Shown here in pieces: positions 25,001 through 32,886 of a stretch of 64,000 nucleotides of DNA (the stretch's first letter is position 1; each line of letters opens with the position of its first letter). A program made the position numbers and the translations under genes. The notes below the pieces were generated by a model, which searched no databases, was not told the DNA's origin, and saw only the letters and a list, made by a program, of their open reading frames with translations. This stretch comes from a virus (Duplodnaviria > Caudoviricetes), in the IMG/VR virus record IMGVR_UViG_3300028591_000168, positions 15,563 through 79,562 of that record, one strand, 5' to 3'.

Positions 25001-25674
25001 CTCCTAACGTCTTTGGAATTGCTAACAGCAGCAGAATGGCTGACTCTTCCGTTATCGACAAAGTAACAGAAATGTCGAAGCTTACCGGACAAGCTTTTTC
25101 TGACAGTTATGATCAACTGCTGGTGACAGAACGAGAAGTATATGATCGTAACTTTGGTAAACCGATAAAAAGCAACGGTGTTTGGTACCAAAACATTTTT
25201 GTAATGCCAAATGACGCGTGGAAAGACTTTGAGGAACAAAACGGTCGTGCCATTCCGAGAGTAAGACCCGGTGTAGACAAACAAGAGTCTTATGACGTTG
25301 TTGCCGAACAGGAACTACAACAAAAGATAACTGCTGATATCAGAGAAAGATCTTGGAACTTTGTACCAAAAACCAGACCTGCGCTACCTGCACAGCAAAC
25401 GCCGTCTTCACCTTCTGTTACACCGGAGACAAAAGAGACAGCAGCTAAAACTGTAAGGCCAAAACCAGTTGCAGTAATCAAGGAACAGAAGAGTGCTATC
25501 GAGAAGGTATTACAAGAACTGAGATCACCTACTACTATGAAGTCGATGGGTATGATGGGATTAGCAGGCGCCTTTGCTCTTTGGAATATGGCAATGACAG
25601 GACCGTCAAGAGAAGCACAAGAACACAGAAGAAGAGTAGAAGAAGAGAGAAGAATGAGACAGTATGGTTATTAA
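19036..25674 (+). CDS. recJ: RecJ ssDNA exonuclease (DHH/DHHA1/OB) fused to about 1600 aa of low-complexity and helical repeat sequence
   Basis: DHH motifs GDYDVDG, TVDTG, TDHH, DVVPMTGENR, GSARS and GGHEQAAG all intact in the first ~540 aa. Single uninterrupted 2212-aa ORF. Confidence 0.88.
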   Translation: MALPLIERLLNARGISDTTAIKNFLNPHTAFENPFMMKDMYSAVSRIERAIKSGERITVFGDYDVDGVSATAIMYRTLSDLGAAVDTYIPKRSEGYGLNSNALKSLAEKGTNLLITVDTGIGNEKEISEIADKFDVIVTDHHLVPEGGVPSAVAVLNPHQAKDYYPNKNLSGAGVAFKLSQALRNKITGADIQKSVENLELAALATVADVVPMTGENRKIVADGLKAIQASQDKAIQALLKTTDLAQKKHLTAEDIGFKIAPRINAAGRVEDPGIALSLFTLDQQENKAVFQKIADSLSELNKKRKAIEADIVQSAEKQLLQLRQQTGGYISSVIVENKGWHEGVVGLAAARLSERHKLPSIVLTSEDGKIYHGSARSVPGFNVMDALRETDKFLLRYGGHEQAAGLVIKAENLSAFKAAFDNFARDNFPSLAALELVDADLDPAEITLADAKELEKMGPFGVNNERPIFGVSDVRASDVRTSSDGKHLFFNIGDKRAVAFGAGNLEDLVRDSNVDVTFSLDINEFRGTENVQLNVKSVRPVAGNSVKALSDTVIQDIYKFLQTRSNEPFNVSTLAADFSKKTGVQISGYDFGTATKILEELGLFSAVVNDGSVFTASHNGNINFTGSQTYRNLKGITLSGAPVRVIPVSDPVENVTPVTPAPSVSPSSGTPTVAASVTQDIVVSPPPVAEETAAAVITENVAAPVDLVTLPEENISAETVVKETEKAGIVVDTPDAPPVPVQEEISAAVQKDLKITRDIPEVWDSVSVNTAADVAAPVKPTLVSVDPKIADRVRNMKQKLAESKKQNSTKPKQERQKRQTDIKPTKPEKREQWFIDRINELIKYFRYPLPANDAPLDEILLSKIRDESLRTQISYPDPDLVDEKTYIQELIRLKEEQASRDLDALKKIINVKTDELGKKLVDIRLNEIGSAAEEALRESYESGNIEAATTFYDEDLAKVRIRKKYVKGKDGQEYLRDTSAETTLNEWLRQLSDTKYPGVTKQAKELRERYIALSGKQDYKQPGSTLHRETIVLREKIGKEIAKRAGKDIEDKVKDLASKGGSLLYRRIADRITALDNDVLTAEQQGIINRLMFNFETDVDIFESYQQIAKTLGLKVKFKKDQSAVDKVKIYRKELSERLEEIKGRQDIDKISLGYLDLISANKDKDDEGYKAAKKQLIEARTDGLWNSRVRNLENPSQGKPTENLALWLRYADVAIADQQQRRAELLDPNISLERFNELLEDPKYRHVMPRVSYTKDGKQATRMAGTRFNNKLYRVGISGLADIDLDRLKTDVAEVLAPFYDSIRESHNRIIAARSLTEKGLSDQIISLQNSLTVTPPKEGDYRLKRLKGVQKLYDYVTNDPTKVIQDKIEEKGYTAGLRKAIYLEEKLKIEADIYETDPNAKILLSRDLKGDERLSALRDIRTQKQWAAADIPILSEGLSAPNFVGKQSLEKQWRWWQTAINNVRQLSSESFEDVQERLRNLESSERKNYLKSLPKDYIVEVKGAAAGDSSIFYRTIADKEILDEFEEKLNTTIKTLFEQDRQGLIEHYNKRLEDLDTRRKMLEEKDAAEKTKEDTEELEKILTTEQKLQKKQTALSEAVDPVTRIDEKAAIQGQRISWKQQSAEILQLQRDIRDIIPSISFKDIFDEREKDTKVDKKTKYSNRVIALREIHDELKAVQQESFDDFQKRVADLGSLPAWLPKHSLIKIGKEEGQNVRYYRTFVDEDTQQLDKEIQENLNTIRETDEQIQKIFKEQANKKLEYLQKQEQQYPTPDGSQRKQAIERLTDRLEKLKDQSNAADQIEKIGGYNARYQVAQREATNLPTKLKILQADPNYHFDEDFKYDTANEVITNIQNDTKALADIKGKYEGYDNEYLSRFKPIKEQLDWWQTFDQEYQWLTTATQKQVSDKLNSFDSEEFRNYRRSLPDNFFDTFFVKQDKIWYRIGTDVSEQEADVMRKRQEEYNKDKKEREKVILNTGQKPVPSVTAPNVFGIANSSRMADSSVIDKVTEMSKLTGQAFSDSYDQLLVTEREVYDRNFGKPIKSNGVWYQNIFVMPNDAWKDFEEQNGRAIPRVRPGVDKQESYDVVAEQELQQKITADIRERSWNFVPKTRPALPAQQTPSSPSVTPETKETAAKTVRPKPVAVIKEQKSAIEKVLQELRSPTTMKSMGMMGLAGAFALWNMAMTGPSREAQEHRRRVEEERRMRQYGY

Positions 25675-25704
25675 CAAACAGTTACAAGGAGGAAATTATC
25701 GTGT

Positions 25705-26205
25705 ATGGCAACAAAAATGTCACCAGTAGAAGTTGAGAAAGTTAAGGCTATTTTAAAAGATCCCGTTCTTTGGGCTAAAGCTTTTGTTGTAGCCTTGAAT
25801 CCTGAAACCAAAAAGTACGGACCTTGGATAGCTCGTGACTACCAAGCAGAACTTCTCAGAAATCGTGATATCAGGAAAGCTTATCGTATGGGACGCAGGT
25901 TAGGAAAAACCGAAATAATGTGCATAGACGGTTTGTGGCAATGTTTTACCCATAAGAACTACCGTGTACTGTATGTTACCCCTTACGAAAACCAAGTTAA
26001 CTTGATCTTTATGAGAATGAGAGAGATCATTCACGAAAGTCCTATGATAAAAGCTGAAGTCGTTAAAATGAAGAACTCACCTTACACTATCGAGTTTGCT
26101 AACGGGTCTACGATTCTGGGCTTGACTACGGGCGCAAGCACAGGTCAGGCCGCAGCGTCAATTCGCGGCCAGCGAGCTGACTGGATTTTTTTGGACGAAT
26201 TGGAT
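25705..26205 (+). CDS. terL: terminase large subunit, exon 1 (spliced product about 601 aa)
   Basis: RDYQ adenine-binding motif, MGRRLGKT Walker A, IRGQRADWIFLDELD Walker B. Join 25705..26205, 26475..27104, 27391..28065 is in frame. Confidence 0.9.
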
Positions 26206-26474
26206 AAAAATTAAGAAAACTTTATAGTTCAAGTAAAACTCCGTTAAACGGTGAAAGACCCAAGGGGTTAACGCCGTACCAAGCTGTAGCGGTAACGTTA
26301 TAGTAGTGTCTAACGACTAGAAGTGAGACCTACGGGTCAATAAAATCTTCCACGAAAGCGGGGCAACTCTCTGATATCATATCGTCAAGAAGTTTTTATC
26401 AGAGCAGAAGAAATAGTCTGAACTCATAGGTAACTATGAGATAACGGAATAAAAAGTCCGTTGATAACAAAGTG
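26206..26474 (+). mobile_element. group I intron terL-I1 (269 nt, no ORF)
   Basis: 5' exon ends in U (GAT) and intron ends in G. R element UAACGACUAGAA, S element AAGAAAUAGUCUGA, IGS GUUCAA pairs with exon UUGGAU. Removal restores FLDELD|YMNSG. Confidence 0.88.
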
Positions 26475-27104
26475 TATATGAACAGTGGTGATTACGGTAC
26501 AGTGTCAGCAATAGCTAACGAGCGTCCTGATATTGGCATCACTGTATCATCAACACCTACAGGACGTCGCGAAATATTTTGGCGTGCTTGTACTGATTCT
26601 AGTTTTGGTTACACAGCTTGGCACATTGCAAGTCAACGATCTCCTTTGTGGACCGAGGACATGGATACACGAGCGCGTGCTGAGCTGACTCAACAAGAGT
26701 ACGAACACGAAGTTCTTGCAGAGTTTGGTACAGAAGAGTTAGGTGTCTTCAACAAGGAAGATATCGACAAGGCTGCAAGGCAGTTATGGTACACTTACGA
26801 ACTATTAAACAAAATGCAAGAGAGATCTATAGAAGGGCAACAACCGCCCTTATCTTTTGTATTTACAAGAGAAAACCCTGCACCGCAAAGCTTGCTTCGA
26901 ACTGTTGGGGTCGATTTTGACAAGTTTCAAGCAGGTTCTTCTATTATAGTTCTTGATTATGATATAAAAGTTAAGAAGTTTATAGTAATGAAGCGAATAG
27001 AGATACCACGTAGTGAGTATACTCTTGATAACGCTGTTAAGGCGATTATCAGTGTTAACGAAATTTATAATCCCCGTTGGATCTTTCTTGATCGTGGTTA
27101 CGGT
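26475..27104 (+). CDS. terL: terminase large subunit, exon 2
   Basis: SSTPTG motif III, EYLAEF-like EVLAEF, nuclease motifs VGVDFDK and FLDRGYG. Confidence 0.9.
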
Positions 27105-27390
27105 GAAAAAGTTTTGATATCAAGAATACGTCTGTGATATCAAAGTACGCCGCCTTACAAGACAGATATCTTACAGTAATAGTTTTGTAAGAGTATAACC
27201 GGACAAAAACGGTAAAAGCTGTGACGTGCTGATACCGTGGTAACTCATAAGTGAGTACCGTAACGCGTAGAAGGTGCAATAATCTTTCCAAGAGTGTCCG
27301 GCACAGCAGATATCTCTGTGAAAATGTACGCTGACCCTGTACGAAAGTGCAGGAAGCAAGGGATAAAAAGCCTTTGCGATAACACAAGTG
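27105..27390 (+). mobile_element. group I intron terL-I2 (286 nt, no ORF)
   Basis: Exon ends GGU and intron ends G. P7 GCGUA/UACGC. Removal restores DRGYG|DYQLERL. Confidence 0.85.
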
Positions 27391-28065
27391 GATTATCAAC
27401 TTGAAAGGTTACAAATTTACGGGGAACAACACCCTAACACGGGTTTAAAAAATAAGGTAATGGGTTTTCAACTTAGCCAGGTTATTAACGTACCTAATCC
27501 GGTTAAGAAAACTTTTTCTAAGGAACCGCTAAAACCTTTTATGGTTAATTCCTTAGTTAAGGCCTTTGAAGACGGCAAAATGATACTTTCACCATTTGAC
27601 GAAGTGTTGTCAAAGCAACTTATTGACTATTCTGTTGAAAGAGTAACTCAAAGTGGTAAACCTGTTTACACCAGTAAAAACGAACATTTTGTTGACGCAC
27701 TGGGGTTAGCTTACCTTGCTATGGTACTTAAGTTTCCTGAGGTAACCCAGTACATTAAGGAAATACAAAACACAAGTGTAATATCTACTGCTGTGTCACC
27801 TTTCTATGACAGAGTAGATCGTGATATCAGAAGCATTGAAACAGTTAGAGATCCTTGGGGTTCTAAAAATCGTCCTGTATCTCAGATAGGAAAAGGCCCC
27901 GGTGAAAGAGCAGGAGAATATCAACAGTGGGTTAAGGCGCCTGAAAGAATAACCGGAAAAGGTTATAATCTTAGAGTGTCTGCACCAAGGTCTTCTAGTA
28001 ATGGCAATTACGGCAGTGCGTTTTCAAGAAGTCCAAGGGGTACAGGTGGTCGCAGTTTATGGTAA
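27391..28065 (+). CDS. terL: terminase large subunit, exon 3
   Basis: Nuclease C-terminal motif NEHFVDALGLA. Confidence 0.88.
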   Translation, partial: DYQLERLQIYGEQHPNTGLKNKVMGFQLSQVINVPNPVKKTFSKEPLKPFMVNSLVKAFEDGKMILSPFDEVLSKQLIDYSVERVTQSGKPVYTSKNEHFVDALGLAYLAMVLKFPEVTQYIKEIQNTSVISTAVSPFYDRVDRDIRSIETVRDPWGSKNRPVSQIGKGPGERAGEYQQWVKAPERITGKGYNLRVSAPRSSSNGNYGSAFSRSPRGTGGRSLW

Positions 28066-28084
28066 GGAGGACTTAAAAGGTATT

Positions 28085-30772
28085 ATGGCAATAGACAAGA
28101 ACCGATATAATCTTTTATACAAGCCTGACCTTAGTCCTATTCGTGACTGGAGATCTGAGGCTGTTTTTGAACACCCTGATATCCCAATAGCTGAAACACC
28201 ACCTGAAACCGTTGATGACGTATTGCAAGATCTTAAGGATTTAGAAGAAGTAGCGGCAGGGTTGCCTGAAGGACTTGATCCGATATTAGAGATAACCCGA
28301 AAGCTTAGACAAAGAGCAGAGATCTTAAAAATAGAAGAAGAATTAGAGAAGCTTGTGGGTATTCCGGGTACGTTACCAAGCACCGGTTCTACCTTGTCTT
28401 CTCCTGGCACTTTACCGCCCTACTCAGGATCAGGAACTTCTGTTCCGGGCGGCGGTTTTATTCCTACAGGAGTAACTATTGTACCTGCAACACTACCCGG
28501 TATTGATACTCTCCCCGGTACTACCAGTACTCTTCCAGGTAGTACGGCCACTGTCCCCGGAATACCGGGCAGTCTGCCGGGAGGAAGTACAATTCCGGGA
28601 TATCCCGGTACACTTCCTGGCTCTGAGACTATCCCTGGTTATCCAGGCACTATACCCGGAAGTCCGGGTACGATACCGGGCTCACCAGGATCGTTACCCG
28701 GATCAAGTACAATTCCTGGATATCCAGGATCAGTTACAGGGGGCGGTACTTTACCCGGTGGTACAACAGATACTCTAACAGGAGTATCAACTACAGGAGG
28801 TTCTATTCCCGGTTTTACACCTGGATCTGATATCGGAATAAGTGTGATATCAGGCAGTGTTACAGGAGGCGGTACAGGTATACCGGGTGGCGGTAATCCT
28901 ACTATTATTCCTGTGCTGACTGATACTATACCGGATATTCCAGGAACAACAGGTTCAATACCGGGAGGCATTCCCGGAATATCGGGTGGTCTTGACTCCG
29001 TTAGCGTTATTATTCCTTCTGTTACGATAAGACCTGGTACTGTTGACGAAGAAGGATACGGTACAACACCTTACGTTACTATTAGAAGTGGTGATATCAA
29101 CAATTTTGACAAGGACACAATTCCGGCACCGGGTACCATTATTATTCCTGACGTTGAACAACAAGTGTTGTTAGATAACAGCAGTGAACCTGATACGTCG
29201 TGGATAAAAGATATGTCTTCAGTCTTTGTGCCAAAAACTGATATCACTATATCAGTACAAACACCAAAGAGTCTTGTTCAGGTAGCACACGAGTCATACA
29301 AGAGTGACCAACTTGATCTTCAAAAATTTTATCTTCAAAAAATGAGAATGGCATTGCAGAGATATTTTCACCATATTTTAGGATTAACTGTTGAACTTGG
29401 ACTTTCAGATCCTGATATGTTAACAAAAAAATATGACGGTAATAACGTAGTAGGAATCGGCATTAACAGTAATCACCTTCACGATACCATTATCAGGTCA
29501 CAGATTCAACGCTTACAAAAAGCAAGACTCTTCAAAAAGGTCGCTAACGCCGATCTAACGGTAACTCATATGCGTGCCTGGAATGTCGCTGCTAAGGCAA
29601 GAGAAAGATACTACACCGAAGCTTACGGTGACTCTGCTGAGTTTGTTGACTCTGAAGCCAATATGTTGTTACGACAAGCACGTGCTGACTATGACGCTGC
29701 CTACAAGTTATCACTGTACAATATGTACAAATACCTTGACGCGTCGGTTAAGCTGACAGAAGATATCTTGGATCATACTCTTGTTGAGGCTAAAGCTAAA
29801 GCTAAGCTTGTTAAAGAAGGCGTTGATATCTTCAAGACTGAAGAAGTAGAAACAAGCAGCAGCACTAACGCTGTTACCCGTATGCAACCCAAAACCAAGG
29901 AACAACAAGAAGCAGAAAATCAAGTTAGTAAGCAAGGTGACAGTAAGACTAACGTTAATCTCACACCTGACGAGATTGATAAAGCAAGAGGTATTGAAGA
30001 TCCTGACGAAGACTTCGATCTTGCACCAAGTGGCGGTCATTACTCTAAGAACGATATCCTTTACTTGTGTAATCTCGACGCCGGTATTTATAACAAAGAG
30101 ACACCTGTCGGCAGACAAGCTATCAAGAATGTTCTTAACCAGAGTGATAAGTATATGAAGGGTACTGACACGGCAACTAATAATGCTGCAACAACCGGTA
30201 ATACCACAGCAACCGGTAGTAGTATTACACCGTCACCCGTAACAGCGTCAACAGGAGCTATGCCTAACAGTGACATAGGTCTTAGTACTTCGCCCGTATC
30301 AACAACTGCTGCTGACACTATACCGTCGTCTACTGTAGGGCCAGAGTCACAAAAGAAAGTTGAGCAAGCTACTGGTACAGGTAACGGTGCTACAAGTGAA
30401 ACACCGCCAACAACCACTAGTAAAACTTCGCCTTATAAAAAGTTTCCCGCTAACTTTACACCTGATCTTTACGTCTTAAATACTGATTATGAAGACAAGA
30501 GTGCTCCTAAGAGTAATCTTTTAGCTAATACCGGTGGCTATTACGCATCAATTACTGCAACAGGTAATACTGTGAGTGCAAGAATTATTTCACCTTATGG
30601 CTTTGCAATATTATGGGCAAACCGTAAGGATATTAATAAAAAGAAACCTGAAATGTCTTTCGAAGATGGATGGAATTTAATTGAACGTAGTGAACATAAA
30701 GGTCACATTACTAAGGATATGTATAAAAAGGTGTATGATTACTTCGTAAGTTATAAACCTGATATCAAGTAG
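28085..30772 (+). CDS. hypothetical protein with long Pro/Gly/Thr-rich (T-I/L-PG) region
   Basis: ORF 28001..30772; ATG 28085 behind AAGGAGG. Low-complexity tract about 28370-29010. Confidence 0.8.
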   Translation: MAIDKNRYNLLYKPDLSPIRDWRSEAVFEHPDIPIAETPPETVDDVLQDLKDLEEVAAGLPEGLDPILEITRKLRQRAEILKIEEELEKLVGIPGTLPSTGSTLSSPGTLPPYSGSGTSVPGGGFIPTGVTIVPATLPGIDTLPGTTSTLPGSTATVPGIPGSLPGGSTIPGYPGTLPGSETIPGYPGTIPGSPGTIPGSPGSLPGSSTIPGYPGSVTGGGTLPGGTTDTLTGVSTTGGSIPGFTPGSDIGISVISGSVTGGGTGIPGGGNPTIIPVLTDTIPDIPGTTGSIPGGIPGISGGLDSVSVIIPSVTIRPGTVDEEGYGTTPYVTIRSGDINNFDKDTIPAPGTIIIPDVEQQVLLDNSSEPDTSWIKDMSSVFVPKTDITISVQTPKSLVQVAHESYKSDQLDLQKFYLQKMRMALQRYFHHILGLTVELGLSDPDMLTKKYDGNNVVGIGINSNHLHDTIIRSQIQRLQKARLFKKVANADLTVTHMRAWNVAAKARERYYTEAYGDSAEFVDSEANMLLRQARADYDAAYKLSLYNMYKYLDASVKLTEDILDHTLVEAKAKAKLVKEGVDIFKTEEVETSSSTNAVTRMQPKTKEQQEAENQVSKQGDSKTNVNLTPDEIDKARGIEDPDEDFDLAPSGGHYSKNDILYLCNLDAGIYNKETPVGRQAIKNVLNQSDKYMKGTDTATNNAATTGNTTATGSSITPSPVTASTGAMPNSDIGLSTSPVSTTAADTIPSSTVGPESQKKVEQATGTGNGATSETPPTTTSKTSPYKKFPANFTPDLYVLNTDYEDKSAPKSNLLANTGGYYASITATGNTVSARIISPYGFAILWANRKDINKKKPEMSFEDGWNLIERSEHKGHITKDMYKKVYDYFVSYKPDIK

Positions 30773-30785
30773 GGAGGAATTCCTT

Positions 30786-32885
30786 GTGGGTTTGTTAAGT
30801 TTCCTGTTAGGAAGAAAGACAGAGGAATCCTTGCAAATTCGCGAGGTTCCCGGCGGTAGCGGAAGCAGTGGCGGCAGCTCTAAGAGTGCCAGTATCCAGG
30901 TTAATCCCGGTAACCTTAAGCAGTTTTGGATAAAACCGGTAGGATTTTCAGGCGAAAATGACTCTAACGATTTTCAAGAACCTGAGTATGATCTTGCTGA
31001 GATCAAGGAAGCGTGCACTGCCGACTCTTACATAGCCATTATGATACAAAAGTACTCACAACTTATCTTTAAAGCGGGCTACTCTATAGTGTCAAACAAT
31101 CAAAATGCTGCAGAGTATGTCAGACAACGCTTACGCTTTATGTCTTTTGCAACCAAGGTACCCTTTGATATTTTAGTACAAGGGATAGCAGAAGATCTTG
31201 TTCGTTACTCTAACGCTTTCTTGGTTAAAAGTAGAGTTGAACAGTCACAACTTGGAGGTATCCAAGCTGTAGGTGTTTGGGATACTAAACCTGTAGGGGG
31301 TTACTTTAGAATCGATCCTACTACTATAAAGATCAAGAGAGATAAAAACGGTACCGTTAAGAACTATCAACAAGAAGTAGGCAGTAATACCAAGAATTTT
31401 AAGGATCTTGACGTTATCCACTTTTATATAGATAAGGATGGTAACGCAGCTTTTGGTTTACCAAGACTGGTACCCGTTTTAGAAGACGTTAAAATGCTTC
31501 GTAAGATAGAAGGCAGTTCTTTGTCACAGATCTACCGTTACGCCAATCCCATAACCCAAGTTAAGATAGGCCTTGAGCAGCCTGAAGGATGGGCTACCGA
31601 ACAAGAGATAAAAGATGCACAAAAAGAGATAGAGAAATACAACAATGACGGCGTCTTGATAACTAACGAACGTACTCAAATTATTTCTGTAGGCGCTGAT
31701 GGTGAAGCCCTTGATATTACGAAGTATATGGAATACTTCGAGAAAAGAGTATTCTCTGTCCTTAACGTTAGTGCAAGTATGATGGGGCGTGGCGGTGCCA
31801 AGCAAGACGCTGACTCGATGGAAGAACAAGAACACGACACTGTTAAGTTCTTTCAAAGACAAATTGCTACCTTTATTGAACAACAAATGTTCGTTGAAAT
31901 GTTACAAGAAGGCGGCTTTGATCCGATAGGCAACGCTGACGACATTGTACGCTTTAAGTTTGAAGAAGTTAACCTTGAAACAAGGATTAAGAAAGAAACT
32001 CACGCCCTTAATCTCTTCCAAGGTAACCTTATACCGTTTGACGAGGCACGCTTCAGAATAGGTAAGGACGCAGAAATAGATACAAATATGTTGCACATGA
32101 GTATGATAGTGACGCCGCATGATCTTGCTGTAGCACAAGCTAAAGGAGCTGCTACAGGTAGCAGCAGTTCAGGTACTACAAGCCAAAGAACTACAGCTGC
32201 TAAGGTACAACCTTCTAATCAACACGGTACTACGAGTATGAAGGTCAAAGAATCTCTTGATATCACAGAAAATATGTCAGATAAAACCAAGAAAAATCGT
32301 GCTGACTTTAGACAATCTTTTGAAAAGGTTTATAAAACTTGGCAAGCAGCGCGTAATGATATAGTCGAGAACAATGAAAGACCAAGTATTATCTTACCTA
32401 TAGCAAGAGATTCTATCATAAAAGAGTTTAAAAACAAAGCTGCTGTAGAAATGTCTTTAGGTATACAGCGTGCACTTCGTGATATCAAACAACCTGTAGA
32501 CAGTTTGAGACAAATACCTTCTACTCTTATCGATGACAAAATTACAAGGGTAGTAACAGGCGTCTTTAAGGATATCAGCAAAAGGTTAAAACGTCTTGGT
32601 AACGATGCTACCATGGCAGATAAACGTGCAATTTTTGACGTTTGTGATTACCGTGTAAGGTTCTTGTCTGTTCACGTTATACCCAAGGCTTACTGGTATG
32701 GTTACGTTAAGACTTGTCAACAGTTAAAGATACCTGAAGTATTTGTGCACTTTAACGGATCCAAGGATCAAGAAGAGTACAAAGATATCATAAAGACTAA
32801 CAAGTTTAGCCTTGACGATATTCCTGCTTTTCACGCTTACTGTTCATGCAAGATAGGATTAGAACAAGAAAAGGGGGTGACATAG
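30786..32885 (+). CDS. portal protein with C-terminal head-morphogenesis (gp7/Mu F-like) remnant
   Basis: Portal-type segment GGYFRIDP...DVIHF...AFGLPRLVPVLED. Lies between terL and the protease. Ends IPAFHAYCSC, resembling HPNCRC. Confidence 0.75.
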   Translation: MGLLSFLLGRKTEESLQIREVPGGSGSSGGSSKSASIQVNPGNLKQFWIKPVGFSGENDSNDFQEPEYDLAEIKEACTADSYIAIMIQKYSQLIFKAGYSIVSNNQNAAEYVRQRLRFMSFATKVPFDILVQGIAEDLVRYSNAFLVKSRVEQSQLGGIQAVGVWDTKPVGGYFRIDPTTIKIKRDKNGTVKNYQQEVGSNTKNFKDLDVIHFYIDKDGNAAFGLPRLVPVLEDVKMLRKIEGSSLSQIYRYANPITQVKIGLEQPEGWATEQEIKDAQKEIEKYNNDGVLITNERTQIISVGADGEALDITKYMEYFEKRVFSVLNVSASMMGRGGAKQDADSMEEQEHDTVKFFQRQIATFIEQQMFVEMLQEGGFDPIGNADDIVRFKFEEVNLETRIKKETHALNLFQGNLIPFDEARFRIGKDAEIDTNMLHMSMIVTPHDLAVAQAKGAATGSSSSGTTSQRTTAAKVQPSNQHGTTSMKVKESLDITENMSDKTKKNRADFRQSFEKVYKTWQAARNDIVENNERPSIILPIARDSIIKEFKNKAAVEMSLGIQRALRDIKQPVDSLRQIPSTLIDDKITRVVTGVFKDISKRLKRLGNDATMADKRAIFDVCDYRVRFLSVHVIPKAYWYGYVKTCQQLKIPEVFVHFNGSKDQEEYKDIIKTNKFSLDDIPAFHAYCSCKIGLEQEKGVT

Positions 32886-32886
32886 C

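Noticed and set aside
19036-25674. Intein as the cause of the RecJ extension
   Set aside because: The RecJ domain is contiguous and complete. The extra sequence is C-terminal and shows no intein terminal motifs or LAGLIDADG blocks.
26206-27390. Terminase, tube and tape-measure fragments as pseudogenes or frameshifts
   Set aside because: Removing U…G-bounded segments that carry group I core elements restores the frame and conserved motifs exactly.
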